Source of the DNA: Candidatus Obscuribacteraceae bacterium
GTDB taxonomy: Bacteria > Cyanobacteriota > Vampirovibrionia > Obscuribacterales > Obscuribacteraceae
NCBI GenBank assembly: GCA_044229845.1
Contig: JBGASG010000005.1
Span: 96,001 to 160,000, forward strand
Reading direction: 5' to 3'
DNA: 64,000 bases
Shown here piece by piece: positions 48,742 to 58,860 of the stretch (the first letter of the stretch is position 1; each line of letters opens with the position of its first letter). The translations under genes were made by a program, and so were the position numbers. Under the pieces are notes generated by a model. The model did no database searches. It was not told where the DNA came from and was given only the letters and a program-made list of their open reading frames with translations.

Positions 48742-50418
48742 CTACAGGTTCTTCAACCTGTCCGGTACGTGCTGGCGTTCTTGACGCGACGGAACGGCGC
48801 GCTGAATTTGATATTTGAGGCTGTCGTACTCAGCGCGGGCATCCTGCAGATTGCCTGACTTTTCCAGCAGCGACAGTCTGATGATCTTCGCCTCGATATT
48901 GAAGGGTTCCATGGCGATTACCTGTTCGCACAGGTCTTTGGCTGTGTGGTCCTCGCCGAGTTTCAGCTTGAGGCGTGCGCAGGCAATCATGACTCGCGCC
49001 TTCTCGCAATTGTCCAGGGCGAGGCTGCGCTCGAAGTCGCTGAGTGCCTTCTTGTATAAGTCTTTTTGCACGCCTTTGTCCGGATCTTGATCGCCGAGAA
49101 ACTCGAAGTACTCAGCCCGTTTTTGCATTGCCACCGAATCTTTGGGCGACTTGTCCACATTGGCGTTCAGGCACTTCATGGCGAAGTCTTCGTCCACACG
49201 CGCCGCCAGCAACGGATCGATAAGCCGCTTTGTCTTGCCGAAAATTGCAGCCATGTCGTAGGCAGCGTCAGCATATTTGTTTTGCGACTCATGGCAGCGA
49301 GCGCGCAGAGAACGGCACCAGTTGTTGTTCGGCTCGTGTCCCAGTACGCCGTTGAAGGCGAGAATCGCTTCGTCGAGTTTGCCGGTGTGCAAAAGCGACA
49401 GACCGGTGACTTCCATAACCATGATTTGATCTGGCTCTCCAGCCGGCACCCCACTCTTTTTCAAATACTTGTTGGCGGTGGCCGCATACTTCAGGCAAGC
49501 GCTGTAATCCCCTTTGTACGCATAACAGGCTGCCAGACAGGAGTGCGTGCCGGGTGCCGAAGGATCCAGTTTGCGCGCTTCCAAAAGTTTCTCAATCGCC
49601 AGATCGTACTTGTGCTCGTTGTAGAGGCGTGAACCTTGCTTGTACACGGTCATGAAGTGTGCATGTTTCTTGCTTGACTGTGTCAATCTGTGCATGAAGA
49701 TCTGACGAAATGCCGGATCGAATTTGAAGTCATCGGAGCCGATGGCGTCGGCCGCGAAGTATTCAGCCAGCGCCTCCGTGAGGTTTTCGCATCCGTACAG
49801 GGTCGGCCAGGCATTGTGGGGAGGAATTATTCGTCCGGCGCGCCGCTCAGGCTGCCCGAAAGTAGCTTCGCAACGCAATTCTGAAATGGTGGGTTGTGCG
49901 AAACGAATCCAATCCCGCGACAGTGCGATCTCGCCTGCCATGTCGGCGCTGTGCACCAGTTCGTGCAGGAAGCAGCGCAGCTGCGCCTTGCGCGAGCCTT
50001 CAAAGAAAACATCAGGGATCAGAATCGCATCCGGTCGTGTGAGCGCTTCGGCGTCGAACGAGCCGGCGGTTGTGGCGCTGAAGGGCAAATCGGTGACGCG
50101 ACAAACATGCAGTTTCTTGCCGTTGGCGGCTCGCTTAATCAGACCCGGCGCGCACCTGGTCACCTCGGACAGCATCTTGAGAAACAGCTCCTTCTCCCCC
50201 GGTTTCCAGGCGATCAGAAAATATCGCCCGTATGAGTGTTCGGCTGCTTCGCGGTCGCCGGGATCGAGCAGTTGTACTGACTCGATCTCTGTGGAACGCG
50301 CTGCCGGTTTGGCTTTCTCGCGCTCCGCCGCCGTCGGCTGGGACAACGCCGGTGCGGAGCCCGCCAAGAGAAGACTGGTAGTAAGGGCAAAAGATAGTGC
50401 CGATCGGCTCAACTTCAT
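48742..50418 (-). CDS. Secreted HEXXH zinc metallopeptidase-like domain plus TPR repeats
   Basis: Signal peptide from ATG 50418; FLHELVH, EALAE; multiple TPRs. Confidence 0.75.
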   Translation of the reverse strand: MKLSRSALSFALTTSLLLAGSAPALSQPTAAEREKAKPAARSTEIESVQLLDPGDREAAEHSYGRYFLIAWKPGEKELFLKMLSEVTRCAPGLIKRAANGKKLHVCRVTDLPFSATTAGSFDAEALTRPDAILIPDVFFEGSRKAQLRCFLHELVHSADMAGEIALSRDWIRFAQPTISELRCEATFGQPERRAGRIIPPHNAWPTLYGCENLTEALAEYFAADAIGSDDFKFDPAFRQIFMHRLTQSSKKHAHFMTVYKQGSRLYNEHKYDLAIEKLLEARKLDPSAPGTHSCLAACYAYKGDYSACLKYAATANKYLKKSGVPAGEPDQIMVMEVTGLSLLHTGKLDEAILAFNGVLGHEPNNNWCRSLRARCHESQNKYADAAYDMAAIFGKTKRLIDPLLAARVDEDFAMKCLNANVDKSPKDSVAMQKRAEYFEFLGDQDPDKGVQKDLYKKALSDFERSLALDNCEKARVMIACARLKLKLGEDHTAKDLCEQVIAMEPFNIEAKIIRLSLLEKSGNLQDARAEYDSLKYQIQRAVPSRQERQHVPDRLKNL

Positions 50419-50502
50419 TTCGTCATCACCGGTCCTAGCCGGCATGTCAACCTCTACTTTCATATTAAACTCTTCTGGCTTGGCACACAAAGGGGAAAAC
50501 CC

Positions 50503-51195
50503 ATGAAAGCACCAATTCTGATTGTCGCTCTGAGCGCTCCGCCGGACAAAGAAGCCGACTTCAACGAGTTCTATCAGCATCAGTTTTTGCCGCGTGTGAT
50601 TGATGAAACGCCGGAGTTTGTCAGGGTGGTGCGCTACGAAGAGTTTGCCGTCGGCGGCACTCTGCGCTGGTACAACAAGCAGTATCTGACCATTTACGAA
50701 CTGTCATCCGAAGATGCCATCGCGGGCTGCGACTCATTCTTTGGCAGACCGGCGGTGGCGGATGTGGTGAAGGAGTTCAGGCGCTGGAAAGACGAGCATC
50801 TGAAAAACTTCAGTCGCATTGCCTACAAGCCCGGTTGGGCACACCGCCGTCAGAGCCAGCTGGCCGGCGCGCCGTGGATGTTTCTCTGGCAACTGGAGAT
50901 GAAACCTGATCTCGATGCCGCATTTCAAACGTGGTATCAAGACGAATACTTGCCGTTGCAAGTGGCGGACATCGGATGGTCAGGCTGCCATCGTTATGAG
51001 AGTGTCGGCAAGGACCCGCTGCGCCACCTCACCATGTTCGAGGCGGCTGACGAAGCGGCGCTGTCGCGCTGTTTGACCGACCTGCGCTCAGCTCACCGCA
51101 TCAGTGAAAACTATCGCTGGCAAGAACGTGTAGAGCCGGCCGTCACCTGGCACGATGCCACCAGTTTTAAACCAGTCTATCGCTGGCCCGACTGA
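50503..51195 (+). CDS. Dimeric alpha-beta barrel (EthD/DUF4286-like) protein with two repeats
   Basis: EADFNEFY...RY...YLTIYE and DAAFQTWY...RY...HLTMFE. Confidence 0.7.
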   Translation: MKAPILIVALSAPPDKEADFNEFYQHQFLPRVIDETPEFVRVVRYEEFAVGGTLRWYNKQYLTIYELSSEDAIAGCDSFFGRPAVADVVKEFRRWKDEHLKNFSRIAYKPGWAHRRQSQLAGAPWMFLWQLEMKPDLDAAFQTWYQDEYLPLQVADIGWSGCHRYESVGKDPLRHLTMFEAADEAALSRCLTDLRSAHRISENYRWQERVEPAVTWHDATSFKPVYRWPD

Positions 51196-51215
51196 AAATT
51201 CGATCGCTCAATAGA

Positions 51216-52193
51216 TCAGGGCGTCAGGATAATTTTGCCGAAGACATCCCCGGCTTCCAGGGTGGTGTGCGCTTCGGCGGCGCGCGACAGCGGCCAGATA
51301 TCGACGATGCGGCTCTTCAAAAGACCGCTCGCCAGGTAAACATTCAATTTGTCGGCAACCTGACGCAACTCTATGATCGATAGATCTGTAATCGTAAATC
51401 CGTGCGCCGTGATGTTCTTCGTATAGAACGCACCGACAGGAAAAGCGCTGTGGTAACCAATTCCGGATGTGAGTAATATGTTGCCGCGCCGCGTGGTGCA
51501 TTCGACGGCCTGTTCGAGATCAGGAGCCGTAGTCAGATCCCAATAAATATCAACGCCGGTTGGAGCAAACTTTTTCAATGCTCCGCTGATATCAGTTTCG
51601 GATCGATAGTCGATTACCAGATCGGCACCAAGCTTTTTGCACCACTGTTGTTTTTCTTTGTGTCCGGCTGTGACAGCCACTTTCGCGCCATAGCGCTTGG
51701 CGATCTGCATGGCGATGGTGCCGACGTTGCCCGAGCCGCCGTTCAGAAAGAGTTTGTCACCGGGCCTGATATCAGCTTTCAAAAACAATCCAACGATGGC
51801 GGTAGTTGCTGAGTGCAAGACGGCTACGCTGGCTTCGTCCTTTGCCCCTTCGGGCAGGTGATAGAGCAAATCTTGTCCGACGGCGATGATCTCGGCGAAA
51901 GTGCCCTGGCGGCCTTCGTAGCCCTGATTGTTGCACCAGACCCGATCGCCGGGACGAAACTTGTTGACGCCCTTACCTATGTCAAGCACCACCCCTGTCA
52001 TGTCACGACCGATCACAAACGGCGTGGGCAGCTGAATGCGGTACTTCCCCGATCTGATATAGGTATCAATCGGATCGACAGTGACCGTGCGCACTTCGAC
52101 AAGTACATCGTGCTCTCCGAGTGTCGGGTCGGGAAGATCCGAATAGACAATTCTCTCGGGTGGACCACAACTGGTAATGTAGGCGGCTTTCAA
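51216..52193 (-). CDS. NADPH:quinone reductase (MDR/zeta-crystallin family)
   Basis: PIDTYIRSG, GGSGNVG, AAEAH, GKIIL. Confidence 0.9.
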   Translation of the reverse strand: MKAAYITSCGPPERIVYSDLPDPTLGEHDVLVEVRTVTVDPIDTYIRSGKYRIQLPTPFVIGRDMTGVVLDIGKGVNKFRPGDRVWCNNQGYEGRQGTFAEIIAVGQDLLYHLPEGAKDEASVAVLHSATTAIVGLFLKADIRPGDKLFLNGGSGNVGTIAMQIAKRYGAKVAVTAGHKEKQQWCKKLGADLVIDYRSETDISGALKKFAPTGVDIYWDLTTAPDLEQAVECTTRRGNILLTSGIGYHSAFPVGAFYTKNITAHGFTITDLSIIELRQVADKLNVYLASGLLKSRIVDIWPLSRAAEAHTTLEAGDVFGKIILTP

Positions 52194-52294
52194 AACCCAA
52201 CACCTTGTCAGCTTGAGCTATAGCAAAGACTTTCGCGTGCCCAGGAATGCCTTCGGACGAGTTGGTGAGAGTATATCGTGTCTTGAGAATGTGC

Positions 52295-52327
52295 AAAAAA
52301 GAAAAACGGGCGGATTAACCGCCCGTT
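52295..52327 (-). terminator. Intrinsic terminator after the secreted DUF4384-like gene
   Basis: AACGGGCGG/CCGCCCGTT stem followed by a long T tract on the minus strand. Confidence 0.75.
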
Positions 52328-52362
52328 CTCCGAATGAGCACCGGAGACTTGTTTTCGTCAGC

Positions 52363-53379
52363 CTACTTTTCTACTTGCAAGGTCAGTTCAAGTTTGTTCT
52401 GATCCAGCTCTGACGAATTTGATACCTTCTGAGTGGACGCTTTCCTCGGCACCACTTCGATGCCCCGCGTTGTGAATACGGCAGAATCGCGCACCATTGC
52501 CACGTATTCGGGCATGGACATTTTTTCCTGCGCTCGGAACGGACCTTGCTTCTGCTGAACCATTGCAACTGTCATCGGAGAGTTGCTCTGGGAGGTCGGA
52601 TAGGCATAGACGAAGATGCGCTCCAGTCCGCCGTTGCCGGAAACGGTGTATTCAAACGGGCTTTCTTCGCCGCCAATCTGAATGTTTTGACCGGCTCTGA
52701 CTTTCCCCTCTTTTTGGATGTCGTTCGGGAAAATCTGCGTCAGGGTGCCCTGAGCGTCGTAGTTATAGACAACCAGGTTACAGTCGACAGACGAGCTGAC
52801 GTTGATGACCATCTTGTCGCCCACTTTATATTTGGGAGTCGTTCCGGCGCGGTCCAACCAGGCATTGATGAACGGTGTCGAGTTGTTGGAAACCTTGACT
52901 ATATCTGAGGATTCTGGCTTTGTGCTGCTGGTGTTGGTCGCGGGCTTGCTGGCGATCACCGGAGTGGCGATGCGCTTGTGGTTTTGCGGATTAGCTTGGG
53001 GTCTGGCGATATGAGGAATCAGCGGAACAGCGACTACATTCAATCCTCGTGGCTGAGTACCCGGGTTCTGATGAATCTGCTTCACATACTGAGTGAGCGT
53101 CTTGGGTGTTGTCGTTTTCGGAACCACTTTCACAGGCGTGACGGGATTTGTCGGTTTGGTCGGAACCAGAGGTGTGGCGGTAATTTTCAAGCCGCGCTCA
53201 TGCGAATCTTTGAGTTCCACCGGTATATCCTTGGCCTTAACCAAGACGTGTTTTGTGCCTTTCTTAGCTGCGGGCGCGGACTTCTTATCAGTGGAATCGG
53301 CCGCCATGGACACCTGGCATGAGGAGGCAATCAATGCTGCCAATCCGCTCAGCACGACTAATCTATTAACGCTTCTCAT
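52363..53379 (-). CDS. Secreted DUF4384-like domain protein
   Basis: Signal peptide, Pro/Thr/Lys linker, YKVGD...YNYDAQG..TQIFPN...GLERI, RGIEV; AAGGAG RBS. Confidence 0.8.
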   Translation of the reverse strand: MRSVNRLVVLSGLAALIASSCQVSMAADSTDKKSAPAAKKGTKHVLVKAKDIPVELKDSHERGLKITATPLVPTKPTNPVTPVKVVPKTTTPKTLTQYVKQIHQNPGTQPRGLNVVAVPLIPHIARPQANPQNHKRIATPVIASKPATNTSSTKPESSDIVKVSNNSTPFINAWLDRAGTTPKYKVGDKMVINVSSSVDCNLVVYNYDAQGTLTQIFPNDIQKEGKVRAGQNIQIGGEESPFEYTVSGNGGLERIFVYAYPTSQSNSPMTVAMVQQKQGPFRAQEKMSMPEYVAMVRDSAVFTTRGIEVVPRKASTQKVSNSSELDQNKLELTLQVEK

Positions 53380-53456
53380 GTGGTGCTCCTTGGAGTCTCG
53401 CTGTCTGGTGTCACAGGGTGATAAACGCCGACCTGGAGAAAATTAGGCGAGCCGGT

Positions 53457-54755
53457 TCACTTTGTTTTTTGAGGAGTCGGCGGCGCTGGGCACTCTGTTA
53501 TTTGATGAATAACATGATTTGGGGCTTCCTGCTCGATTTTTTTAAGCCTTTCGAGCATTTCCGGCCACTTCAGTTTGAGCCGGGACATGTGTTCCTGGGT
53601 TTCATAGTCGTTGACGCTCAGGAGGCTCTCATTCCAGTCTTTGGCCTTTGGGTCATCTGCCGGGAAGACTATTAAGTGCCAATCATCCTTGGATGATGCA
53701 GTAGCCAGAAGGTTAAGACCGCCCAGGGCGTACTTGTCGATCTTCCGGGATTCGCCCTTGTCTATTCTAGGCGATACCGTATACGGAGGGAAAAGGACGT
53801 CCACGTTGTTGTCCTTGTCTACGTTCATTACGTAAACGTAGGCATTCGCGTCGGGCATCAGCGTGAAAACGATCGGTTCATCTTCCTTGTAACCGTGCTG
53901 GGGCTTGTTGAAGCTGAGCTGGACCTGGCTCACCCCTGGTTCCGAAACTGTCCATTTCTGAGCGGCGGGCAGGACCAGAGCCGCGCACACTCCGATGGCG
54001 CCGATAACCATGGCGATCACTGCCGCCACGATGCCCGTGACGACGGGCGATCCAGCGCTGAAGTAGCCGCGCGTTTCTCTCAGACCCAGCTCTCTGAGCG
54101 CATCTACCCAGAGCGCCAGGCGAATGGACGTGGTGGGTAAATTCAGCCCAGGCAGACTGGCTGTGTCTCCGCAGTGGATGGCCACGACGCGATTGCCGGA
54201 GCAAAGCGGTGAACCAGAGTCGCCGGGCGAAAGCGGCAGGTCGTGCAACATGTGGAAATTGTCATGTTTGCGCAGAAGTCCCAAATAACGCCCTTCCTGG
54301 GTCAACGGTTGCAGTGCTGCCGACAACTGCCCCAGGTGGACCGGATAGCGAATGGTGCCCAGGGTCTGGTTGGTTTTCAGGTCGGTCTCGAACGAGAACG
54401 GCAGTGGCTGTACCCGACTTTCCGGGTCGAGCAGGACGACTTCCAGCACCGCCACGTCGAACTTCACAAGACCGTCGGGCTGGCGGACAAAACTGGGATG
54501 CAGGCGGACATTGCGCACCTGGTAGCGATTGCCGGATGCCGGGAAAATGACGTAAAGCATTTGCGGGTTGGGAACGAATCGTTCCACCACATGGCCACAC
54601 GTAACCATGCGATTAGGCGCCGCCAGCCAGGCCTGGCCAAGTAGCACTTCGGTGCCGCCATCTACCTGCACGACTTGTGCCAGGGCGGGACCGCAGGCAT
54701 CTGGATGCTGGGTGATTTCCAGGTTTATCGAACGTGGAGAATTGCTGACAGACAC
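53457..54755 (-). CDS. Trypsin-like serine protease - TM - DUF4384-like domain
   Basis: TCGHV, DVAVL, PGDSGSP catalytic triad; TM; YKEDE...YVYVMNVD...VLFP. Confidence 0.85.
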   Translation of the reverse strand: MSVSNSPRSINLEITQHPDACGPALAQVVQVDGGTEVLLGQAWLAAPNRMVTCGHVVERFVPNPQMLYVIFPASGNRYQVRNVRLHPSFVRQPDGLVKFDVAVLEVVLLDPESRVQPLPFSFETDLKTNQTLGTIRYPVHLGQLSAALQPLTQEGRYLGLLRKHDNFHMLHDLPLSPGDSGSPLCSGNRVVAIHCGDTASLPGLNLPTTSIRLALWVDALRELGLRETRGYFSAGSPVVTGIVAAVIAMVIGAIGVCAALVLPAAQKWTVSEPGVSQVQLSFNKPQHGYKEDEPIVFTLMPDANAYVYVMNVDKDNNVDVLFPPYTVSPRIDKGESRKIDKYALGGLNLLATASSKDDWHLIVFPADDPKAKDWNESLLSVNDYETQEHMSRLKLKWPEMLERLKKIEQEAPNHVIHQITECPAPPTPQKTK

Positions 54756-54878
54756 AAGAGCGCTCTTTTGCTGCTAACCACTTTGAACCGCTTTGAATTT
54801 TCCCATATGAAAGCCTTTGCGTGGCAAAGCAGGGCGGCATTTTTGATGTTCGTCCACATTGCCCGACCGCACGCTATT

Positions 54879-55919
54879 ATGGGGTGTCCAAAAAACGCAC
54901 CAGGCTTCGAGTATATGCGACAGAAGTTGTACGACCACTACTACCGATCACTTGATCTGGAGCCCGGTGCATCCCTTGAAGACATAGACCGGATGTGGCA
55001 TCTGCTTGTTCAGGTCTGGCATCCGGACCGGTTGCCGCCCGGCACAGCGGTTTATCAGCATGCCGTAAAACGCATGCAAGATATAAATGTGGCTCGCGAC
55101 GAATTGCGCGCTTACTGGCAAACCAACGGGCATGCACCGCCGATAGGGTCAACCAGCGGCAGCGCTCCGCCGCCGCGTCCACAGCCTTCTCCAGCATCAG
55201 GCGCGACTGCCTCGCCGCCCCCGCCGCCGGCTGATTCGCCGCCACCAACGGGAAATGAGTCGTCGTCTTCGCAGGCTCCGTCACCACCGGCGGGTCCAGC
55301 CATGCCGGCTTTCGAAAAGACCTGGATTCACCACCTGTACGACTACATGGACGAGCATGCCACCGACTCCAATCCCGGACTGGCGGTAGCCTTCGGCTTC
55401 GTGCTTCTGGTTGCCTCCTTCGGACTGGCGCGTGTGTTGCTCTTGCCCATCTGGCCGATGGATCACGAATACACCAATCAGGACAACATGGCAATTCTCG
55501 TGATTGCCTTTATTATCTTCATGTTCTTGTTTCGGCTCATGTACGCCAGCTACGAAGTCTACAAGCTGCTGGAGAAACCTTTTTTCGAAGCCGTGCACCT
55601 CAGTCCTGATGCGGCTTTGCAACGCATAGTCGCCAGCCTGGAGTCGACGCGTTACAACGACAACGCCTGGACTGTTCGATCAACGGAGGGCGAGGAGAGC
55701 GCCACTGCCGGTGGTGCCCGACTGGTGACTGCCACTATGCAACTGGCGGAGGCGGTCGTCACTTTAAATGCCCATATCTGGCCTTCCCAGCTTGCCGGCT
55801 GGAGCGTCATCGGTCTGGAGTTCGACGCCGACCATCCCTGGCGCATCGCCGCGCCATATGCCCCTGTCAGGGTGACCAACGAAGCGATCATTGCTTCCTT
55901 AAATGCTGCGGCCCGGTGA
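54879..55919 (+). CDS. J-domain membrane protein
   Basis: YYRSLDL, WHPDR, INVA; Pro-rich linker; two TMs; start could be 54915. Confidence 0.8.
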   Translation: MGCPKNAPGFEYMRQKLYDHYYRSLDLEPGASLEDIDRMWHLLVQVWHPDRLPPGTAVYQHAVKRMQDINVARDELRAYWQTNGHAPPIGSTSGSAPPPRPQPSPASGATASPPPPPADSPPPTGNESSSSQAPSPPAGPAMPAFEKTWIHHLYDYMDEHATDSNPGLAVAFGFVLLVASFGLARVLLLPIWPMDHEYTNQDNMAILVIAFIIFMFLFRLMYASYEVYKLLEKPFFEAVHLSPDAALQRIVASLESTRYNDNAWTVRSTEGEESATAGGARLVTATMQLAEAVVTLNAHIWPSQLAGWSVIGLEFDADHPWRIAAPYAPVRVTNEAIIASLNAAAR

Positions 55920-55987
55920 TGTTTGGAGCGCCGGACAGGGTACGTCTTAAATAGTCGACTCGTGCAGGAAACGACCACTTCAGCTTC

Positions 55988-57256
55988 ATGCGCAAAGCGT
56001 TCGGAACCACGCCCAGCATCCGCACGTTGACGTTTCATCCAGAAACGCCCGTAGGCACGCTTTTTGTTGTAGATAAAGATGGCGCACGCAACATGGTCGG
56101 TCCGGCTGTCGGCAATATGCAAGTGGCGATTCAGCACGATGCCGGATTGCTGGTCTCCACCGAAGCGTCCAGCAAATTGCAACTGCTTTCTGCGCTCGAG
56201 GAAGATGCACTGCAACTGATCGACCTGGTCTGGTCGCATGTCAACGACCAGGGAATGACCCACGTCGCCCGGCAAAGACTTTTGAAAGAGTTGGCGCTTT
56301 CGCATACGGCGATCGGCGATGCCGGCGTTGACAAGCTCGCCGGACTGTCGCACCTGCACACACTCGATCTCAGTTACACCAAAATTGGTGGCAACGCCAC
56401 TAATGCGCTCAAAGGCATGACGCGTCTGCGCCATTTGAACGTTTCTTCCACGCAAATTGGCGATTTACAGCTGTCCAACATTGTTCAGCTATCCGTGTTG
56501 GAATCGCTCAATCTCAATTACTGCGGCATCACCGACTACGGTATGAAGAAAGTGCCGTTGCTGGAAAATCTAAAAACGTTACGCGTCTCCGGACAAGACA
56601 TAACCGATGAGAGCGCCCTCCACATCAGCTGTCTGGGCAAACTGGAAGAGCTGTGGATTGCCAACACACAAATCACGGGAGTGGGACTGGAAGCCTTTGC
56701 AAATTTGCAAAGGCTCTTGCACCTCAATCTCTGTTACACACCGATCACCGACACCTGCGTGTTTCCTCTGGAGAAACTCTGGCGGTTGGAGACGCTCAAT
56801 CTGGAAGGGACCGCCATCGGCGATGCCGGTGTGGACCGCTTGCAAGAACTGCGCGGACTCAAGTACCTCGATCTGGATTCCACCAACATCACAGACGAGG
56901 GGCTGAAGTCGTTTGCGCGGCTCTTTCAGCTGGAGCAGCTTGATCTGAAAAACACCGAAGTGGGTGATACCGGGATACTTCACTTGAGTTCGCTTGCGAA
57001 CCTGCACACGCTTTATTTGCGAGGCACTAAAGTCACCGACGATTGTTTGCAACAGCTTGAACAAATGCCCTTGCTGCGCGATCTGGACCTCTCGCAGACG
57101 CTGATCACCGATGATGCGGTGCCGATCCTCAGTCGCATGAAATCGCTCATCCAGCTGGATGTGGCCGAAACCGGTATGACACGCAAGGCGCTTAAAGAGT
57201 TGCAAGCGGCTCTTCCGGCTTGCAAACTTTTCGGTGACGACGGCTTCAGCCGCTGA
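55988..57256 (+). CDS. Leucine-rich repeat protein
   Basis: About 13 repeats of 24 aa, L..L..L.L..T.I.D.G. Confidence 0.92.
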   Translation: MRKAFGTTPSIRTLTFHPETPVGTLFVVDKDGARNMVGPAVGNMQVAIQHDAGLLVSTEASSKLQLLSALEEDALQLIDLVWSHVNDQGMTHVARQRLLKELALSHTAIGDAGVDKLAGLSHLHTLDLSYTKIGGNATNALKGMTRLRHLNVSSTQIGDLQLSNIVQLSVLESLNLNYCGITDYGMKKVPLLENLKTLRVSGQDITDESALHISCLGKLEELWIANTQITGVGLEAFANLQRLLHLNLCYTPITDTCVFPLEKLWRLETLNLEGTAIGDAGVDRLQELRGLKYLDLDSTNITDEGLKSFARLFQLEQLDLKNTEVGDTGILHLSSLANLHTLYLRGTKVTDDCLQQLEQMPLLRDLDLSQTLITDDAVPILSRMKSLIQLDVAETGMTRKALKELQAALPACKLFGDDGFSR

Positions 57257-57339
57257 CAACTCCCGCTCCTCCGTGTGCTTTAATAAGCCAGGTCATTCTC
57301 GCGAATACCGGTTCTCAGCAAACAAACCAGGGCTTCGAA

Positions 57340-58776
57340 TTGCTTTCAAGTTCGACCGAACTGCAAGAAGTATTGCGCTTTGCGCCCGAATGGGAAGTGT
57401 TGCTGCGCAACTGGGACGGCAAGCAGCGCGTCGAGCCGCACGAGTTCTTGACCCGAGTTGGTGCGCAGGCCATTTTTCGCAAGGCGTTGTCTATTAAAGA
57501 CGAACGCCAGCGGTTTGCAGTATTGCTGCGCGATTTCTACTACCAGCCACTGCTCAGCAAGATGTTGAGCGCCAATCAAAACTTGCGGCGCTTCCTCAGC
57601 CAGCGTCGTGTAGCTTCCGAAGAATTGCGCGCACAAACAGTGTCTCTGTCGACCGACATCGCGCAAAAGATGGAAACCACGTTGAACAAGCAGCTGGATG
57701 CAGCCTCTGAAGACGGGTTTAAAGTGCTCTTGCCGGCGTACATACAGCGCACCGTGCACAACGCCGTGGTCGACTACATTCGCAGCGAGTCAAGCTGGGA
57801 ACGCCAGACTCTGCAGGACCTGTATCTCGATCCGCAACAGGAAGATCCGCGCACGGCAGTCGCCGACGACCTCAGCTACTCGCCCGAGCAGCAAGTGCTC
57901 TCGGGAGAACAGGTCGGGCAATTGAATGAATTGCGCAAAAACCTGTCAGCCATGCTCAACGATTCTCGCATCCCCAGAGATCCGCTGGTGGTGGTCGACC
58001 TGATGTTCGGTCTCGGACTTACCGAGCACTCGAAGGTCGGCGAAGAAATGACCATGCGCGAAGTCTGCGATGCGATCGGCATTCAGGCAGAAACTCAGGC
58101 GCGGCGCATCGCACGCTGCCAGGTATTGCTCGATAAAGGCATGGATTTGATCCGCCAGAAGATCTATAGCGACATGCCCGGCATCGCTGATGCGTGGCAG
58201 CGCGGCATCAACATTAATATAGCCTCGCGGCGCGAACTCTCGCAGCAGCTGAGCATGACCGAAGGCGAGATCGAGAGGCTGGTCAAGAACAGGCAGTTCA
58301 TCGCTTTGCTGCAATTGCTCGATCGCATGGTGGTCAAAGAGCCGCGCCTGGAAGAGCTGAAGGAGAAAGGTGCGGTGGCGGCTTTCGTGCCCGTGGACAT
58401 CAACAATGCCACCAACCGCGATATCATGGATATTCTCGGAGTTCCCAAGGAAACGGCGCAGCGGATCGTTTCTGAAAGGCCTTTTTCTTCCTTAGATGAT
58501 CTGGTCGGGAAGAGCCTGGTTCAAAAAACAGATCTAGATGAGCTGGTGCGCCGGGGGGCGGTGGTCCGTAAAGAAACCGCCCACGGAAAACGGTTGGACC
58601 TCAACCGGTCTTCAGCAGATGACATAAAAGGATTGGGCGTCGACGAAACCAACACTTTCATGATCACCAAGGGCCGCCCGTTTACGACCTGGGCGGAACT
58701 GGAGGAATTTCTCGGCGACAGCGACGTTATGGGACTTTTGCGCCAGCGATTCTTTTTAGGTCTGGGGTCCGGCTAA
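57340..58776 (+). CDS. Sigma-70-like protein fused to three ComEA-type helix-hairpin-helix modules
   Basis: Region-2-like AYIQRTVHNAVVDYIR; region-4-like DLMFGL...MTMREVCDAIG; HhH starts ININIAS, VDINNAT, LDLNRSS. Confidence 0.7.
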   Translation: MLSSSTELQEVLRFAPEWEVLLRNWDGKQRVEPHEFLTRVGAQAIFRKALSIKDERQRFAVLLRDFYYQPLLSKMLSANQNLRRFLSQRRVASEELRAQTVSLSTDIAQKMETTLNKQLDAASEDGFKVLLPAYIQRTVHNAVVDYIRSESSWERQTLQDLYLDPQQEDPRTAVADDLSYSPEQQVLSGEQVGQLNELRKNLSAMLNDSRIPRDPLVVVDLMFGLGLTEHSKVGEEMTMREVCDAIGIQAETQARRIARCQVLLDKGMDLIRQKIYSDMPGIADAWQRGININIASRRELSQQLSMTEGEIERLVKNRQFIALLQLLDRMVVKEPRLEELKEKGAVAAFVPVDINNATNRDIMDILGVPKETAQRIVSERPFSSLDDLVGKSLVQKTDLDELVRRGAVVRKETAHGKRLDLNRSSADDIKGLGVDETNTFMITKGRPFTTWAELEEFLGDSDVMGLLRQRFFLGLGSG

Positions 58777-58860
58777 TTTTCGCCCACCCCCCGTTAGAGC
58801 ATACGTGAGAGGCAAGTGCCGGCGTGTCAGAGGGTCCGGTGCTTCAAGTGGAGAGTAAAC

